Positions 51,764 through 64,000 of a stretch of 64,000 bases of DNA are shown in pieces. Within the stretch, counting starts at the first letter, position 1; each line of letters starts with the position of its first letter. Source of the stretch: Nemertoderma westbladi (taxonomy: Eukaryota; Animalia; Xenacoelomorpha). Where the stretch lies: contig JAUCBJ010008300.1 in NCBI GenBank assembly GCA_032718475.1, positions 60,541 to 124,540 of the forward strand, in the 5' to 3' direction. A program made the translations under genes and the position numbers. The notes under the pieces were generated by a model. That model did no database searches. It saw only the letters and a list, made by a program, of their open reading frames with translations, and had not been told where the DNA came from.

Positions 51764-52349
51764 CAACAAATAAATCGGATAACGATATGCGTTATCAAAA
51801 GGTAAATTAAATACAATAATACGGACTAATTCAGCAATGAACAAAGAAATCATACGGAATGCATAAATACTTGAGACAGTGGAACCCACAATAATTTTAA
51901 CTAATACGGTAATGCCTAACTTATTTATGCAACTTTTCGAACTCACCCACTCCAATAATTCTCCAGAAAAACAGATTCCCAGATACAAACCGAACGTGAA
52001 CCTTTCCGTTTTTAACGTTGCGGACGAAACGCGATTTTCCCAACCAAAGTTGTTGGGTTATCTATCTCCCAAACTTGCTAAACACGGTCTTGCTCCCGTT
52101 ACAGTCTAGAAATGAGTTCTGAATCCTGAAAAACAAAAGAGTTAGGTTTTACTTTACGAAATTTTGTACCGGTACAATATGGTATTTAAACCCTTTTAAA
52201 CACCGGTATTCAATTCCAAAATATTTTACACGCGGTTCAAATCAAATTTTATTTCAAAAAATTAGCACTTAGCTAATCAAATATAAATTTTTACCTCAAA
52301 ATACAAAATTTTCAAATAACTTTAGTCCTACCGAACCGTAGAAGTAAAA

Positions 52350-52360
52350 CATATTCCTAC
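52350..52360 (-). other. Non-tRNA primer-binding-site candidate GTAGGAATATG
   Basis: It abuts the 5' LTR, lacks the TGG start of a tRNA PBS, and is the exact complement of LTR 53412-53422 on the same RNA strand. Confidence 0.7.
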
Positions 52361-54279
52361 TAAATTGGAGAGATACGCCTATTCCTACTATCGGAAGAGA
52401 CGGTAACAATACCTGCAATATCCTACTGTAAAGTTTGTAAATCAAATCATAAATCCGACCTTCTCACCAAAACAGTAAACCCTAAGTAAGCGAATATATT
52501 GCAGTATCGATCTCTTTTAACCGGTGAGGCAGAAAACAGTCTACGAGCAGACAAACTTCGATAAAACAAAATCCCGCGCAGCGAATCCTAAAATCAGGCT
52601 GACTCACTGACGGACTAAGGGGCTCGTATACTTTGCCGCGGTGTGATTTATATGGTTGGGCAAAGGGACGCTAGCTAGGTATAGAGCAGATTTGGAGATG
52701 TCTAACTAGCGAGCAAAGTGCAGTAAGGACGAAAGTTAATTTTATATATTTTGAGGTGTAAATAATTTCTAACGCGCGTGTGTTAATTCTGAACGGTCAA
52801 AGCAGTTTTGCTCCTTCACATATATAATTACTGGGTACGGTGTGCATTTTACGAATATTCTAATTTTGTAACTTGTAGGTCCAATACTCACGAATGATAA
52901 GGTCCCTTCCCCTCTTGCGTATTTCCAGGACTCAAATTCAGGCATAAGGTTAATACTACGCCCAGAATTCGGCAATTTTAGGTACCAGGTCCCTGATACT
53001 AAGAAGAGATGTGTTAGTTTACTACTGTAGGCGTACGGGTACTAATAGCTATCCTGGCTCCTATCTAGAATTTTAGTCACCCAGGTAGTCCGGGTAACTT
53101 CCTATTAGGGCGTTGGCGGGGACACGGTAGATGTTAGTATATCCCTGATAGCCTCAATTTATTTTGCGCCTAGCGTAAACTGCCCTACCGCCTGAACGGT
53201 ACAATCCCAATTCAGGTGAAAACACAGCAACCCCCTAGCCTACAAGTTCTGATGTAATAGACACGGTCGTACTGCAAATAGTCGCACACACACCTGTACT
53301 TAGCAAGAGTTAAGCGTACAGTTTGCTGCACCCTAACCAATGTGTATGCCTTGTACCGGTGTGCCTACGTCCTATCTGCGTACTAGTATCTGCTCTCTCT
53401 CCCTCTCCCCCGTAGGAATATGAAGGTCTACTGCGGTTTTTCCCTGAATCAAGACAGTACAGTCCCTATGATGTAATTTTGGGCTCACAGCGTGTCACTA
53501 CGTCTACCTTTGATCTTTTGGTCTTACACTTAGGTAGCAAGGATCGAACGCTGTCTAACCTTTCAGGCGATGGGCGAATAACACTAGATGGTATTGCGGG
53601 TTGTCTCTCGTCTACATTCCCGTGATGTTCCCGTTCATTGCTGCGGCCCGATCTCTAGCTGGCCATCTTGTCCCTGAGTTTGTTCACCGTAGTGAAACCA
53701 TATTAAAACAGATAGAAAGGCTGAGAGATGTGACTAGTATTTCTGACTTTATTATAAAACATATAATAACTATTATACAATAAACAATGTAATCTGAAAT
53801 AAGACAGAAAGTGAATGATGGAAATTGAGTAGTGATTGATAACTAATGAACGAATCGCACCTTTATATACTAAATTTGTGCCGCAATCAATCGAGAAAAT
53901 TCTCGATTGTTCTATGGGTTCTAACAAGGTTTTAAAGATAGCTTATTGGTCCAGCTAATATATAACTTGCACGACATTGGTTACAATCAAATAACTACAG
54001 CCTTATTGGTACAGACAAATGCAATTAATTTGTAGCGGTTAATTTAAATGAGTTGAAATTCTGCACAAAAAATAATTCGCACTTACTAGGATTCGAACTC
54101 GATACCTACTACACTTATAATTTCCAACGCTCTACCAACTGAGCTACTGAACCACCTGACCGATAGATGCATAATAGATAGAACCAATACGAATGAGAAC
54201 TCAAAGCAATCTTTACAAAGTTAATTCGAATAAAATAAAATTTTGAAAATCCACGGCATTTAGGGAATATAATTCTATA
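52361..54279 (-). repeat. 5' LTR (1919 bp)
   Basis: Direct repeat of 38947-40865, upstream of gag on the minus strand. Confidence 0.93.
54067..54153 (-). promoter_or_regulatory. tRNA-derived Pol III cassette in the 5' LTR
   Basis: Same A box, B box and T6 as 40653-40739. Confidence 0.75.
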
Positions 54280-57200
54280 CAATAATTCACCTCAAATTTC
54301 TCAGCTATTTCATGAATATAATGAGTATTAAAGCCATGTCAAAATCCTTGGGCTTTCAGCAATAATTTATCAAAATATTCTCAGATTTTTTACAAAAAAC
54401 GACATCGATTTTCATATTTATAACTTCTAACCCACTCCACGAGATAGAGAATCTTAAACGAAAGTCATAAGAACAGGTAACACTTACATTTATAGAAGTA
54501 ATCAGCTGTAATTTGCTTCGTCTTTCCCCAGGAGATGGATGAATTTTGATTGCGTCGGAACACCCCCTTTCTGAGGCTCTCAGAGTGAAGATATAAGTAG
54601 CCTATCTCCCTGTTAATATTATTGTGTTCTAGAATATTTAATATAGTTTCGTCGCATTGCCAAAGCGGCTGGAGCCGAACTTAATATGTGATACAATAAT
54701 TCACCTCAAATTTCTCAGCTATTTCATGAATATAATGAGTATTAAAGCCATGTCAAAATCCTTGGTGTTTTTCAGCAATAATTTATTAAAATCTCCTCTG
54801 ATTTTTTACAAAAAACGACATCGATTTTCATATTCATGACTTCTAACCCACTCCAAGATATAGTCAATCTTAAATGGAAGTCAAAAGAGCAGGTAACACT
54901 TACATTTATAGAAGTAATCAGCTGTTCTTGACTTCGTCTTTCCCCTGGAGATGGATGCATTTTGATTGTGTCAGAACACCCCCTTTTTGAGGCTCTCAGA
55001 GTGAAGAGATAAGTAGCATATCTCCCTGTTAATATTGTTGTGTTCTAGAATATTAATTATAGTTTCATCGTGTTGCCAAAGCGGCTGGAGCCAAAGATAA
55101 TATGTAATGCAATAATTTACCTCAAATATCTCAGCTAGTTCATGAATATAATGAGTATTAAATCCTTGTCATAATCCTTGGTGTTTTTCAGCAATAATTT
55201 ATTAAAATCTCCTCTGATTTTTTACAAAAAACGACATCGATTTTCATATTCATGACTTCTAACCCACTCCAAGAGATAGACAATCTTAAATGAAAGTCAA
55301 AAGAGCAGGTAACACTTACATTTATAGAAGCAATCAGCTGTTCTTTGCTTCGTCTTTCCCCTGGAGATGGATGAATTTTGATTGCGTCGGAACACCCCCT
55401 TTTTGAGGCTCTCAGAGTGAAGATATAAGTAGCCTATCTCCCTGTTAATATTGTTGTGTTCTAGAATATTTAATATAGTTTCATCGTATTGCAAAAGTGG
55501 CTGGAGCCGAACTTAATATGTGATACAATAATTCACCTCAAATTTCTCAGCTATTTCATGAATATAATGAGTATTAAAGCCATGTCAAAATCCTTGGTGT
55601 TTTTCAACAATAATTTATTAAAATCTCCTCTGATTTTTTACAAAAAACGACATCGATTTTCATATTCATGACTTCTAACCCACTCCAAGAGATAGACAAT
55701 CTTAAATGGAAGTCAAAAGAGCAGGTAACACTTACATTTATAGAAGTAATCAGCTGTTCTTGACTTCGTCTTTCCCCTGGAGATGGATGCATTTTGATTG
55801 TGTCAGAACACCCCCTTTTTGAGGCTCTCAGAGTGAAGAGATAAGTAGCATATCTCCCTGTTAATATTGTTGTGTTCTAGAATATTAATTATAGTTTCAT
55901 CGTGTTGCCAAAGCGGCTGGAGCCAAAGATAATATGTAATGCATTAATTTACCTCAAATATCTCAGCTAGTTCATGAATATAATGAGTATTAAATCCTTG
56001 TCAAAATCCTTGGTGTTTTTGAGCAATAATTTATTAAAATCTCCTCTGATTTTTTACAAAAAACGACATCGATTTTCATATTCATGACTTCTAACCCACT
56101 CCAAGAGATAGACAATTTTAAATGAAAGTCAAAAGAGCAGGTAACACTTATATTTATAGAAGTAATCAGCTGTTCTTTGCTTCGTCTTTCCCCTGGAGAT
56201 GGATGAATTTGATTGCGTCGGAACACCCCCTTTTTGAGGCTCTCAGAGTGAAGATATAAGTAGCCTATCTCCCTGTTAATATTGTTGTGTTCTAGAATAT
56301 GTATTATAGTTCATCGTATTGCCAAAGCGGCTGGAGCCGAACTTAATATGTGATACAATAATTAACCTCAAATTTCTCAGCTATTTCATGAATATAATGA
56401 GTATTAAAGCCATGTCAAAATCCTTGGTGTTTTTCAGCAATAATTTATTAAAATCTCCTCTGATTTTTTACAAAAAACGACATCGACTTTCATATTCATG
56501 ACTTCTAACCCACTCCAAGAGATAGAGAATCTTAAATGGAAGTCAAAAGAGCAGGTAACACTTACATTTATAGAAGTAATCAGCTGTTCTTTGCTTCGTC
56601 TTTCCCCTGGAGATGGATGCATTTTGATTGTGTCAGAACACCCCCTTTTTGAGGCTCTCAGAGTGAAGAGATAAGTAGCATATCTCCCTGTTAATATTGT
56701 TGTGTTCTAGAATATTAATTATAGTTTCATCGTGTTGCCAAAGCGGCTGGAGCCAAAGATAATATGTAATGCAATAATTCACCTCAAATATCTCAGCTAG
56801 TTCTTGAATATAATGAGTATTAAATCCTTGTCAAAATCCTTGGTGTTTTTCAGCAATAATTTATTAAAATCTCCTCTGATTTTTTACAAAAAACGACATC
56901 GATTTTCATATTCATGACTTCTAACCCACTCCAAGAGATAGACAATCTTAAATGAAAGTCAAAAGAGCAGGTAACACTTACATTTATAGAAGTAATCAGC
57001 TGTTCTTTGCTTCGTCTTTCCCCTGGAGATGGATGAATTTGATTGCGTCGGAACACCCCCTTTTTGAGGCTCTCAGAGTGAAGATATAAGAAGCCTATCT
57101 CCCTGTTAATATTGTTGTGTTCTAGAATATTTAATATAGTTTCATCGTATTGCCAAAGCGGCTGTAGCCGAAGTTAATATGTGATACAATAATTCACCTC

Positions 57201-60200
57201 AAATTTCTCAGCTATTTCATGAATATAATGAGTATTAAAGCCATGTCAAAATCCTTGGGCTTTCAGCAATAATTTATCAAAATATTCTCAGATTTTTTAC
57301 AAAAAACGACATCGATTTTCATATTTATAACTTCTAACCCACTCCACGAGATAGAGAATCTTAAACGAAAGTCATAAGAACAGGTAACACTTACATTTAT
57401 AGAAGTAATCAGCTGTAATTTGCTTCGTCTTTCCCCAGGAGATGGATGAATTTTGATTGCGTCGGAACACCCCCTTTCTGAGGCTCTCAGAGTGAAGATA
57501 TAAGTAGCCTATCTCCCTGTTAATATTATTGTGTTCTAGAATATTTAATATAGTTTCATCGCATTGCCAAAGCGGCTGGAGCCGAACTTAATATGTGATA
57601 CAATAATTCACCTCAAATTTCTCAGCTATTTCATGAATATAATGAGTATTAAAGCCATGTCAAAATCCTTGGTGTTTTTCAGCAATAATTTATTAAAATC
57701 TCCTCTGATTTTTTACAAAAAACGACATCGATTTTCATATTCATGACTTCTAACCCACTCCAAGATATAGTCAATCTTAAATGGAAGTCAAAAGAGCAGG
57801 TAACACTTACATTTATAGAAGTAATCAGCTGTTCTTGACTTCGTCTTTCCCCTGGAGATGGATGCATTTTGATTGTGTCAGAACACCCCCTTTTTGAGGC
57901 TCTCAGAGTGAAGAGATAAGTAGCATATCTCCCTGTTAATATTGTTGTGTTCTAGAATATTAATTATAGTTTCATCGTGTTGCCAAAGCGGCTGGAGCCA
58001 AAGATAATATGTAATGCAATAATTTACCTCAAATATCTCAGCTAGTTCATGAATATAATGAGTATTAAATCCTTGTCAAAATCCTTGGTGTTTTTCAACA
58101 ATAATTTATTAAAATCTCCTCTGATTTTTTACAAAAAACGACATCGATTTTCATATTCATGACTTCTAACCCACTCCAAGAGATAGACAATCTTAAATGA
58201 AAGTCAAAAGAGCAGGTAACACTTACATTTATAGAAGCAATCAGCTGTTCTTTGCTTCGTCTTTCCCCTGGAGATGGATGAATTTTGATTGCATCGGAAC
58301 ACCCCCTTTTTGAGGCTCTCAGAGTGAAGATATAAGTTGCCTATCTCCCTGTTAATATTGTTGTGTTCTAGAATATTTAATATAGTTTCATCGTATTGCA
58401 AAAGTGGCTGGAGCCGAACTTAATATGTGATACAATAATTCACCTCAAATTTCTCAGCTATTTCATGAATATAATGAGTATTAAAGCCATGTCAAAATCC
58501 TTGGTGTTTTTCAACAATAATTTATTAAAATCTCCTCTGATTTTTTACAAAAAACGACATCGATTTTCATATTCATGACTTCTAACCCACTCCAAGAGAT
58601 AGACAATCTTAAATGGAAGTCAAAAGAGCAGGTAACACTTACATTTATAGAAGTAATCAGCTGTTCTTGACTTCGTCTTTCCCCTGGAGATGGATGCATT
58701 TTGATTGTGTCAGAACACCCCCTTTTTGAGGCTCTCAGAGTGAAGAGATAAGTAGCATATCTCCCTGTTAATATTGTTGTGTTCTAGAATATTAATTATA
58801 GTTTCATCATGTTGCCAAAGCGGCTGGAGCCAAAGATAATATGTAATGCATTAATTTACCTCAAATATCTCAGCTAGTTCATGAATATAATGAGTATTAA
58901 ATCCTTGTCAAAATCCTTGGTGTTTTTGAGCAATAATTTATTAAAATCTCCTCTGATTTTTTACAAAAAACGACATCGATTTTCATATTCATGACTTCTA
59001 ACCCACTCCAAGAGATAGACAATTTTAAATGAAAGTCAAAAGAGCAGGTAACACTTATATTTATAGAAGTAATCAGCTGTTCTTTGCTTCGTCTTTCCCC
59101 TGGAGATGGATGAATTTGATTGCGTCGGAACACCCCCTTTTTGAGGCTCTCAGAGTGAAGATATAAGTAGCCTATCTCCCTGTTAATATTGTTGTGTTCT
59201 AGAATATGTATTATAGTTCATCGTATTGCCAAAGCGGCTGGAGCCGAACTTAATATGTGATACAATAATTAACCTCAAATTTCTCAGCTATTTCATGAAT
59301 ATAATGAGTATTAAAGCCATGTCAAAATCCTTGGTGTTTTTCAGCAATAATTTATTAAAATCCCCTCTGATTTTTTACAAAAACCACATCGATTTTCATA
59401 TTTATAACTTCTAACCCACTCCATGAGATAGAGAATCTTAAATGAAAGTCAAAACAACTAACAGGTAACACTGGTAACACAGTGAAGAGATAAGTAGCCT
59501 ATCTCCCTGTTAATATTATTGTGTTCTAGAATATTTATTATAGTTTCATCGTATTGCCAAAGAGACTGGAGCTGAAATTAATATATAATGCAACAATTCA
59601 CCTCAAGTATCTCAGCTATTTCATGAACATAATGAAGTATTAAATCCATGTTAAAATCCTTCGGGTTTTTCAGCAATAATTTATCAAAATATACCCTGAT
59701 TTTTTTCAAAAACCACATCGATTTTCATATTTATAACTTCTAACCCACTCCACGAGATAGAGAATCTTAAACGAAAGTCATAAGAACAGGTAACACTTTC
59801 ATTTATAGAAGTAATCAGCTGTTATTTGCTTCGTCTTTCCCCAGGAGATGGATTAAATTTGATTGCGTCGGAACACCCCCCTTTTTGAGGCTCTCAGAGT
59901 GTAGAGAAAAGTAGCCTATCTCCCTGTTAATATTGTTGTTTTCTAGAATATTGAATATAGTTTCATCGTATTGCCAAAGCGGCTGGAGCCAAAGTTAATA
60001 TGTGATACAATAATTCACTTCAAATTTCTCAGCTATTTCATGAATATAATGAATATTAAAGCCATGTCAAAATCCTTGGTGTTTTTCAGTATTAATTTAT
60101 TAAAATCTCCTCAGATTTTTTACAAAAAACGACATCGATTTTCATATTTATAACTTCTAACCCACTCCACGAGGTTGAGAATCTTAAACGAAAGTCATAA

Positions 60201-63200
60201 GAACAGGTAACACTTACATTTATAGAAGTAATCAGCTGTTCTTTGATTCGACTTTCCCCTGGAGATGGATTAATTTTGATTGCGTCGTAACACCCCCTAT
60301 CTGTGGCTCTCAGAGTGAAGATATAAGTAGCCTATCTCCCTGTTAATATTGTTGTGTTCTAGAATATTTATTATAGTTTCATCGTATTAAATATCTCAAA
60401 TAGTTCATGAATATAATGAGTATAAAATCCTTTTCAAAATCCTTGGTGTTTTTCAGCAATAATTTATTAAAATCTCCTCTGATTTTTTACAAAAAACGAC
60501 AACGATTTTCATATTCATGACTTCTAATCCACTCCAAGAGATAGACAATCTTAAATGAAATTCAAAAGAGCAGGTAATACTTACATTTATAGAAGTAATC
60601 AGCTGTTCTTTGCTTCGTCTTTCCCCTGGAGATGGATGAATTTTGATTGCGTCGGAACACCCCCTTTTTGAGGCTCTCAGAGTGAAGATATAAGTAGCCT
60701 ATCTCCCTGTTAATATTGTTGTGTTCTAGAATATGTATTATAGTTTCATCGTATTGCCAAAGCGGCTGGAGCCAAACTTAATATGTGATACAATAATTCA
60801 CCTCAAATTTCTCAGCTATTTCATGAATATAATGAGTATTAAAGCCATGTCAAAATCCTTGGTGTTTTTCAGTATTAATTTATTAAAATCTCCTCTGATT
60901 TTTTACAAAAAACGACATCGATTTTCATATTTATAACTTCTAACCCACTCCACGAGATTGAGAATCTTAAACGAAAGTCATAAGAACAGGTAACACTTAC
61001 ATTTATAGAAGTAATCAGCTGTTATTTGCTTCGTCTTTCTCCAGGAGATAGATTAATTTTGATTGCGTCGGAACACCCCCTATCTGTGACTCTCAGAGTG
61101 AAGATATAAGTAGCCTATCTCCCTGTTAATATTGTTGTGTTCTAGAATATTTATTATAGTTTCATCGTATTAAATATCGCAAATAGTTCATGAATATAAT
61201 GAATATAAAATCCTTGTCAAAATCCTTGGTGTTTTTCAGCAATAATTTATTAGAATCTTCTCTGATTTTTTACAAAAAACTACATCGATTTTCATATTCA
61301 TGACTTCTAATCCACTCCAAGAGATAGACAATCTTAAATGAAAGTCAAAAGAGCAGGTAACACTTACATTTATAGAAGTAATCAGCTGTTCTTTGCTTCA
61401 ACTTTCCCCTGGAGATGGATTAATTTTGATTGCGTCGTAACACCCCCTATCTGTGGCTCTCAGAGTGAAGATATAAGTAGCCTATCTCCCTGTTAATATT
61501 GTTGTGTTATAGAATATTTATTATAGTTTCATCGTATTAAATATCTCAAATAGTTCATGAATATAATGAGTATAAAATCCTTTTCAAAATCCTTGGTGTT
61601 TTTCAGCAATAATTTATTAAAATCTCCTCTGATTTTTTTCAAAAAACGACATCGATTTTCATATTCATGACTTCTAACCCACTCCAAGAGATAGACAATA
61701 TTATATGAAAGTCAAAAGAGCAGGTAACACTTAAATTTATAGAAGTAATCAGCTGTTCTTTGCTTCGTTTTTCCCCTGGAGATGGATGAATTTTGATTGC
61801 GTCGGAACACCCCCTTTTTGAGGCTCTCAGAGTGAAGATATAAGTAGCCTATCTCCCTGTTAATATTGTTGTGTTCTAGAATATTTATTATAGTTTCATC
61901 GTATTGCCAAAGCGGCTGGAGCCAAAGTTAATATGTGATACAATAATTCACCTCAAATTTCTCAGCTATTTCATGAATATAATGAGTATTAAAGCCATGT
62001 CAAAATCCTTGGTGTTTTTCAGCAATAATTTATTAAAATCTCCTCTGATTTTTTACAAAAAACAACATCGATTTTCATATTCATGACTTCTAACCCACTC
62101 CAAGAGATAGACAATCTTAAATGGAAGTCAAAAGAGCAGGTAACACTTACATTTATAGAAGTAATCAGCTGTTCTTTGCGTCGTCTTTCCCCTGGAGATG
62201 GATGAATTATGATTGCGTCGGAACACCCCCTTTTTGAGGCTCTCAGAGTGAAGAAATAAGTAGCCTATCTCCCTGTTAATATTGTTGTGTTCTAGAATAT
62301 GTATTATAGTTTCATCGTATTGCCAAAGCGGCTGGAGCCGAACTTAATATGTGATACAATAATTCACCTCAAATTTCTCAGCTATTTCATGAATATAATG
62401 AATATAAAATCCTTGTCAAAATCCTTGGGGTTTTTCAGCAATAATTTATTAGAATCTTCTCTGATTTTTTACAAAAAACTACATCGATTTTCATATTCAT
62501 GACTTCTAATCCACTCCAAGAGATAGACAATCTTAAATGAAAGTCAAAAGAGCAGGTAACACTTACATTTATAGAAGTAATCAGCTGTTCTTTGCTTCAA
62601 CTTTCCCCTGGAGATGGATTAATTTTGATTGCGTCGTAACACCCCCTATCTGTGGCTCTCAGAGTGAAGATATAAGTAGCCTATCTCCCTGTTAATATTG
62701 TTGTGTTCTAGAATATTTATTATAGTTTCATCGTATTAAATATCTCAAATAGTTCATGAATATAATGAGTATAAAATCCTTTTCAAAATCCTTGGTGTTT
62801 TTCAGCAATAATTTATTAAAATCTCCTCTGATTTTTTTCAAAAAACGACATCGATTTTCATATTCATGACTTCTAACCCACTCCAAGAGATAGACAATAT
62901 TATATGAAAGTCAAAAGAGCAGGTAACACTTAAATTTATAGAAGTAATCAGCTGTTCTTTGCTTCGTTTTTCCCCTGGAGATGATGAATTTTGATTGCGT
63001 CGGAACACCCCCTTTTTGAGGCTCTCAGAGTGAAGATATAAGTAGCCTATCTCCCTGTTAATATTGTTGTGTTCTAGAATATTTATTATAGTTTCATCGT
63101 ATTGCCAAAGCGGCTGGAGCCAAAGTTAATATGTGATACAATAATTCACCTCAAATTTCTCAGCTATTTCATGAATATAATGAGTATTAAAGCCATGTCA

Positions 63201-64000
63201 AAATCCTTGGTGTTTTTCAGCAATAATTTATTAAAATCTCCTCTGATTTTTTACAAAAAACAACATCGATTTTCATATTCATGACTTCTAACCCACTCCA
63301 AGAGATAGACAATCTTAAATGGAAGTCAAAAGAGCAGGTAACACTTACATTTATAGAAGTAATCAGCTGTTCTTTGCGTCGTCTTTCCCCTGGAGATGGA
63401 TGAATTATGATTGCGTCGGAACACCCCCTTTTTGAGGCTCTCAGAGTGAAGATATAAGTAGCCTATCTCCCTGTTAATATTGTTGTGTTCTAGAATATGT
63501 ATTATAGTTTCATCGTATTGCCAAAGCGGCTGGAGCCGAACTTAATATGTGATACAATAATTCACCTCAAATTTCTCAGCTATTTCATGAATATAATGAG
63601 TATTAAAGCCATGTCAAAATCCTTGGTGTTTTTCAGCAATAATTTATTAAAATCTCCTCTGATTTTTTACAAAAAACGACATCGATTTTCATATTCATGA
63701 CTTCTAACCCACTCCAAGAGATAGACAATCTTAAATGGAAGTCAAAAGAGCAGGTAACACTTACATTTATAGAAGTGATCAGCTGTTCTTTGCTTCGTCT
63801 TTCCCCTGGAGATGGATGCATTTTGATTGTGTCAGAACACCCCCTTTTTGAGGCTCTCAGAGTGAAGAGATAAGTAGCATATCTCCCTGTTAATATTGTT
63901 GTGTTCTAGAATATTAATTATAGTTTCATCGTGTTGCCAAAGCGGCTGGAGCCAAAGATAATATGTAATGCAATAATTCACCTCAAATATCTCAGCTAGT
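54280..64000 (-). repeat. ~416-bp satellite array, inverted block, right of the LTR element (7-mer and 3-mer HORs)
   Basis: The array resumes in the interrupted monomer. Periods of 2907 bp (54657 vs 57564) and 1198 bp (61904 vs 63102) are visible. Confidence 0.98.

Larger units (their letters stand above)
38947..54279 (-). mobile_element. Full-length BEL/Pao (Belpaoviridae)-type LTR retroelement, 15,333 bp, lacking RT and RNase H
   Basis: Two 1919-bp direct LTRs offset by 13414. CAATA is duplicated at 38942-38946 and 54280-54284, and the paralogous empty site has a single CAATA at 57187-57191. BEL-type Gag, protease and integrase are encoded on the minus strand. Confidence 0.95.

Noticed and set aside
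52323-52340. TAGTCCTACCGAACCGTA, loosely resembling a tRNA-Tyr-type BEL PBS
   Set aside because: It is on the wrong strand for priming this element, lacks TGG and has several mismatches.
4452-63821. Dozens of 60-119 aa ORFs (MPKRLEP.., MHPSPGERR.., MALILHY..)
   Set aside because: They are chance translations of the satellite monomer, mostly with non-ATG starts, and are broken by indels in neighbouring copies.

Overview
This is eukaryotic (probably invertebrate) heterochromatic, centromere-like DNA. About two-thirds is an AT-rich ~416-bp satellite with 3-, 5- and 7-mer higher-order repeats, and it switches strand at ~31,843. Nearly all 60-80 aa ORFs in the track are spurious translations of this satellite. 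Three insertions have recognisable ends: a non-autonomous piggyBac (12032-13583, TTAA TSD), a non-autonomous CMC/EnSpm-like element (14542-17846, 2-bp TSD) carrying a minisatellite and a 5'-truncated LINE, and a young 15.3-kb BEL/Pao LTR element (38947-54279, minus strand). An unidentified non-coding block fills 1-2004. The BEL/Pao element is the most unusual feature. Its single open Gag-protease-integrase ORF lacks RT and RNase H. It has no tRNA-type primer-binding site; the 11 nt abutting the 5' LTR are instead complementary to an 11-mer inside the LTR, suggesting Tf1-style self-priming. It also has probable TA..TA termini, a tRNA-derived Pol III cassette in each LTR, ten dispersed copies of a 20-nt hairpin, and two extra 3' ORFs, one with three CCHC knuckles. 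All calls were made by eye with no database search.
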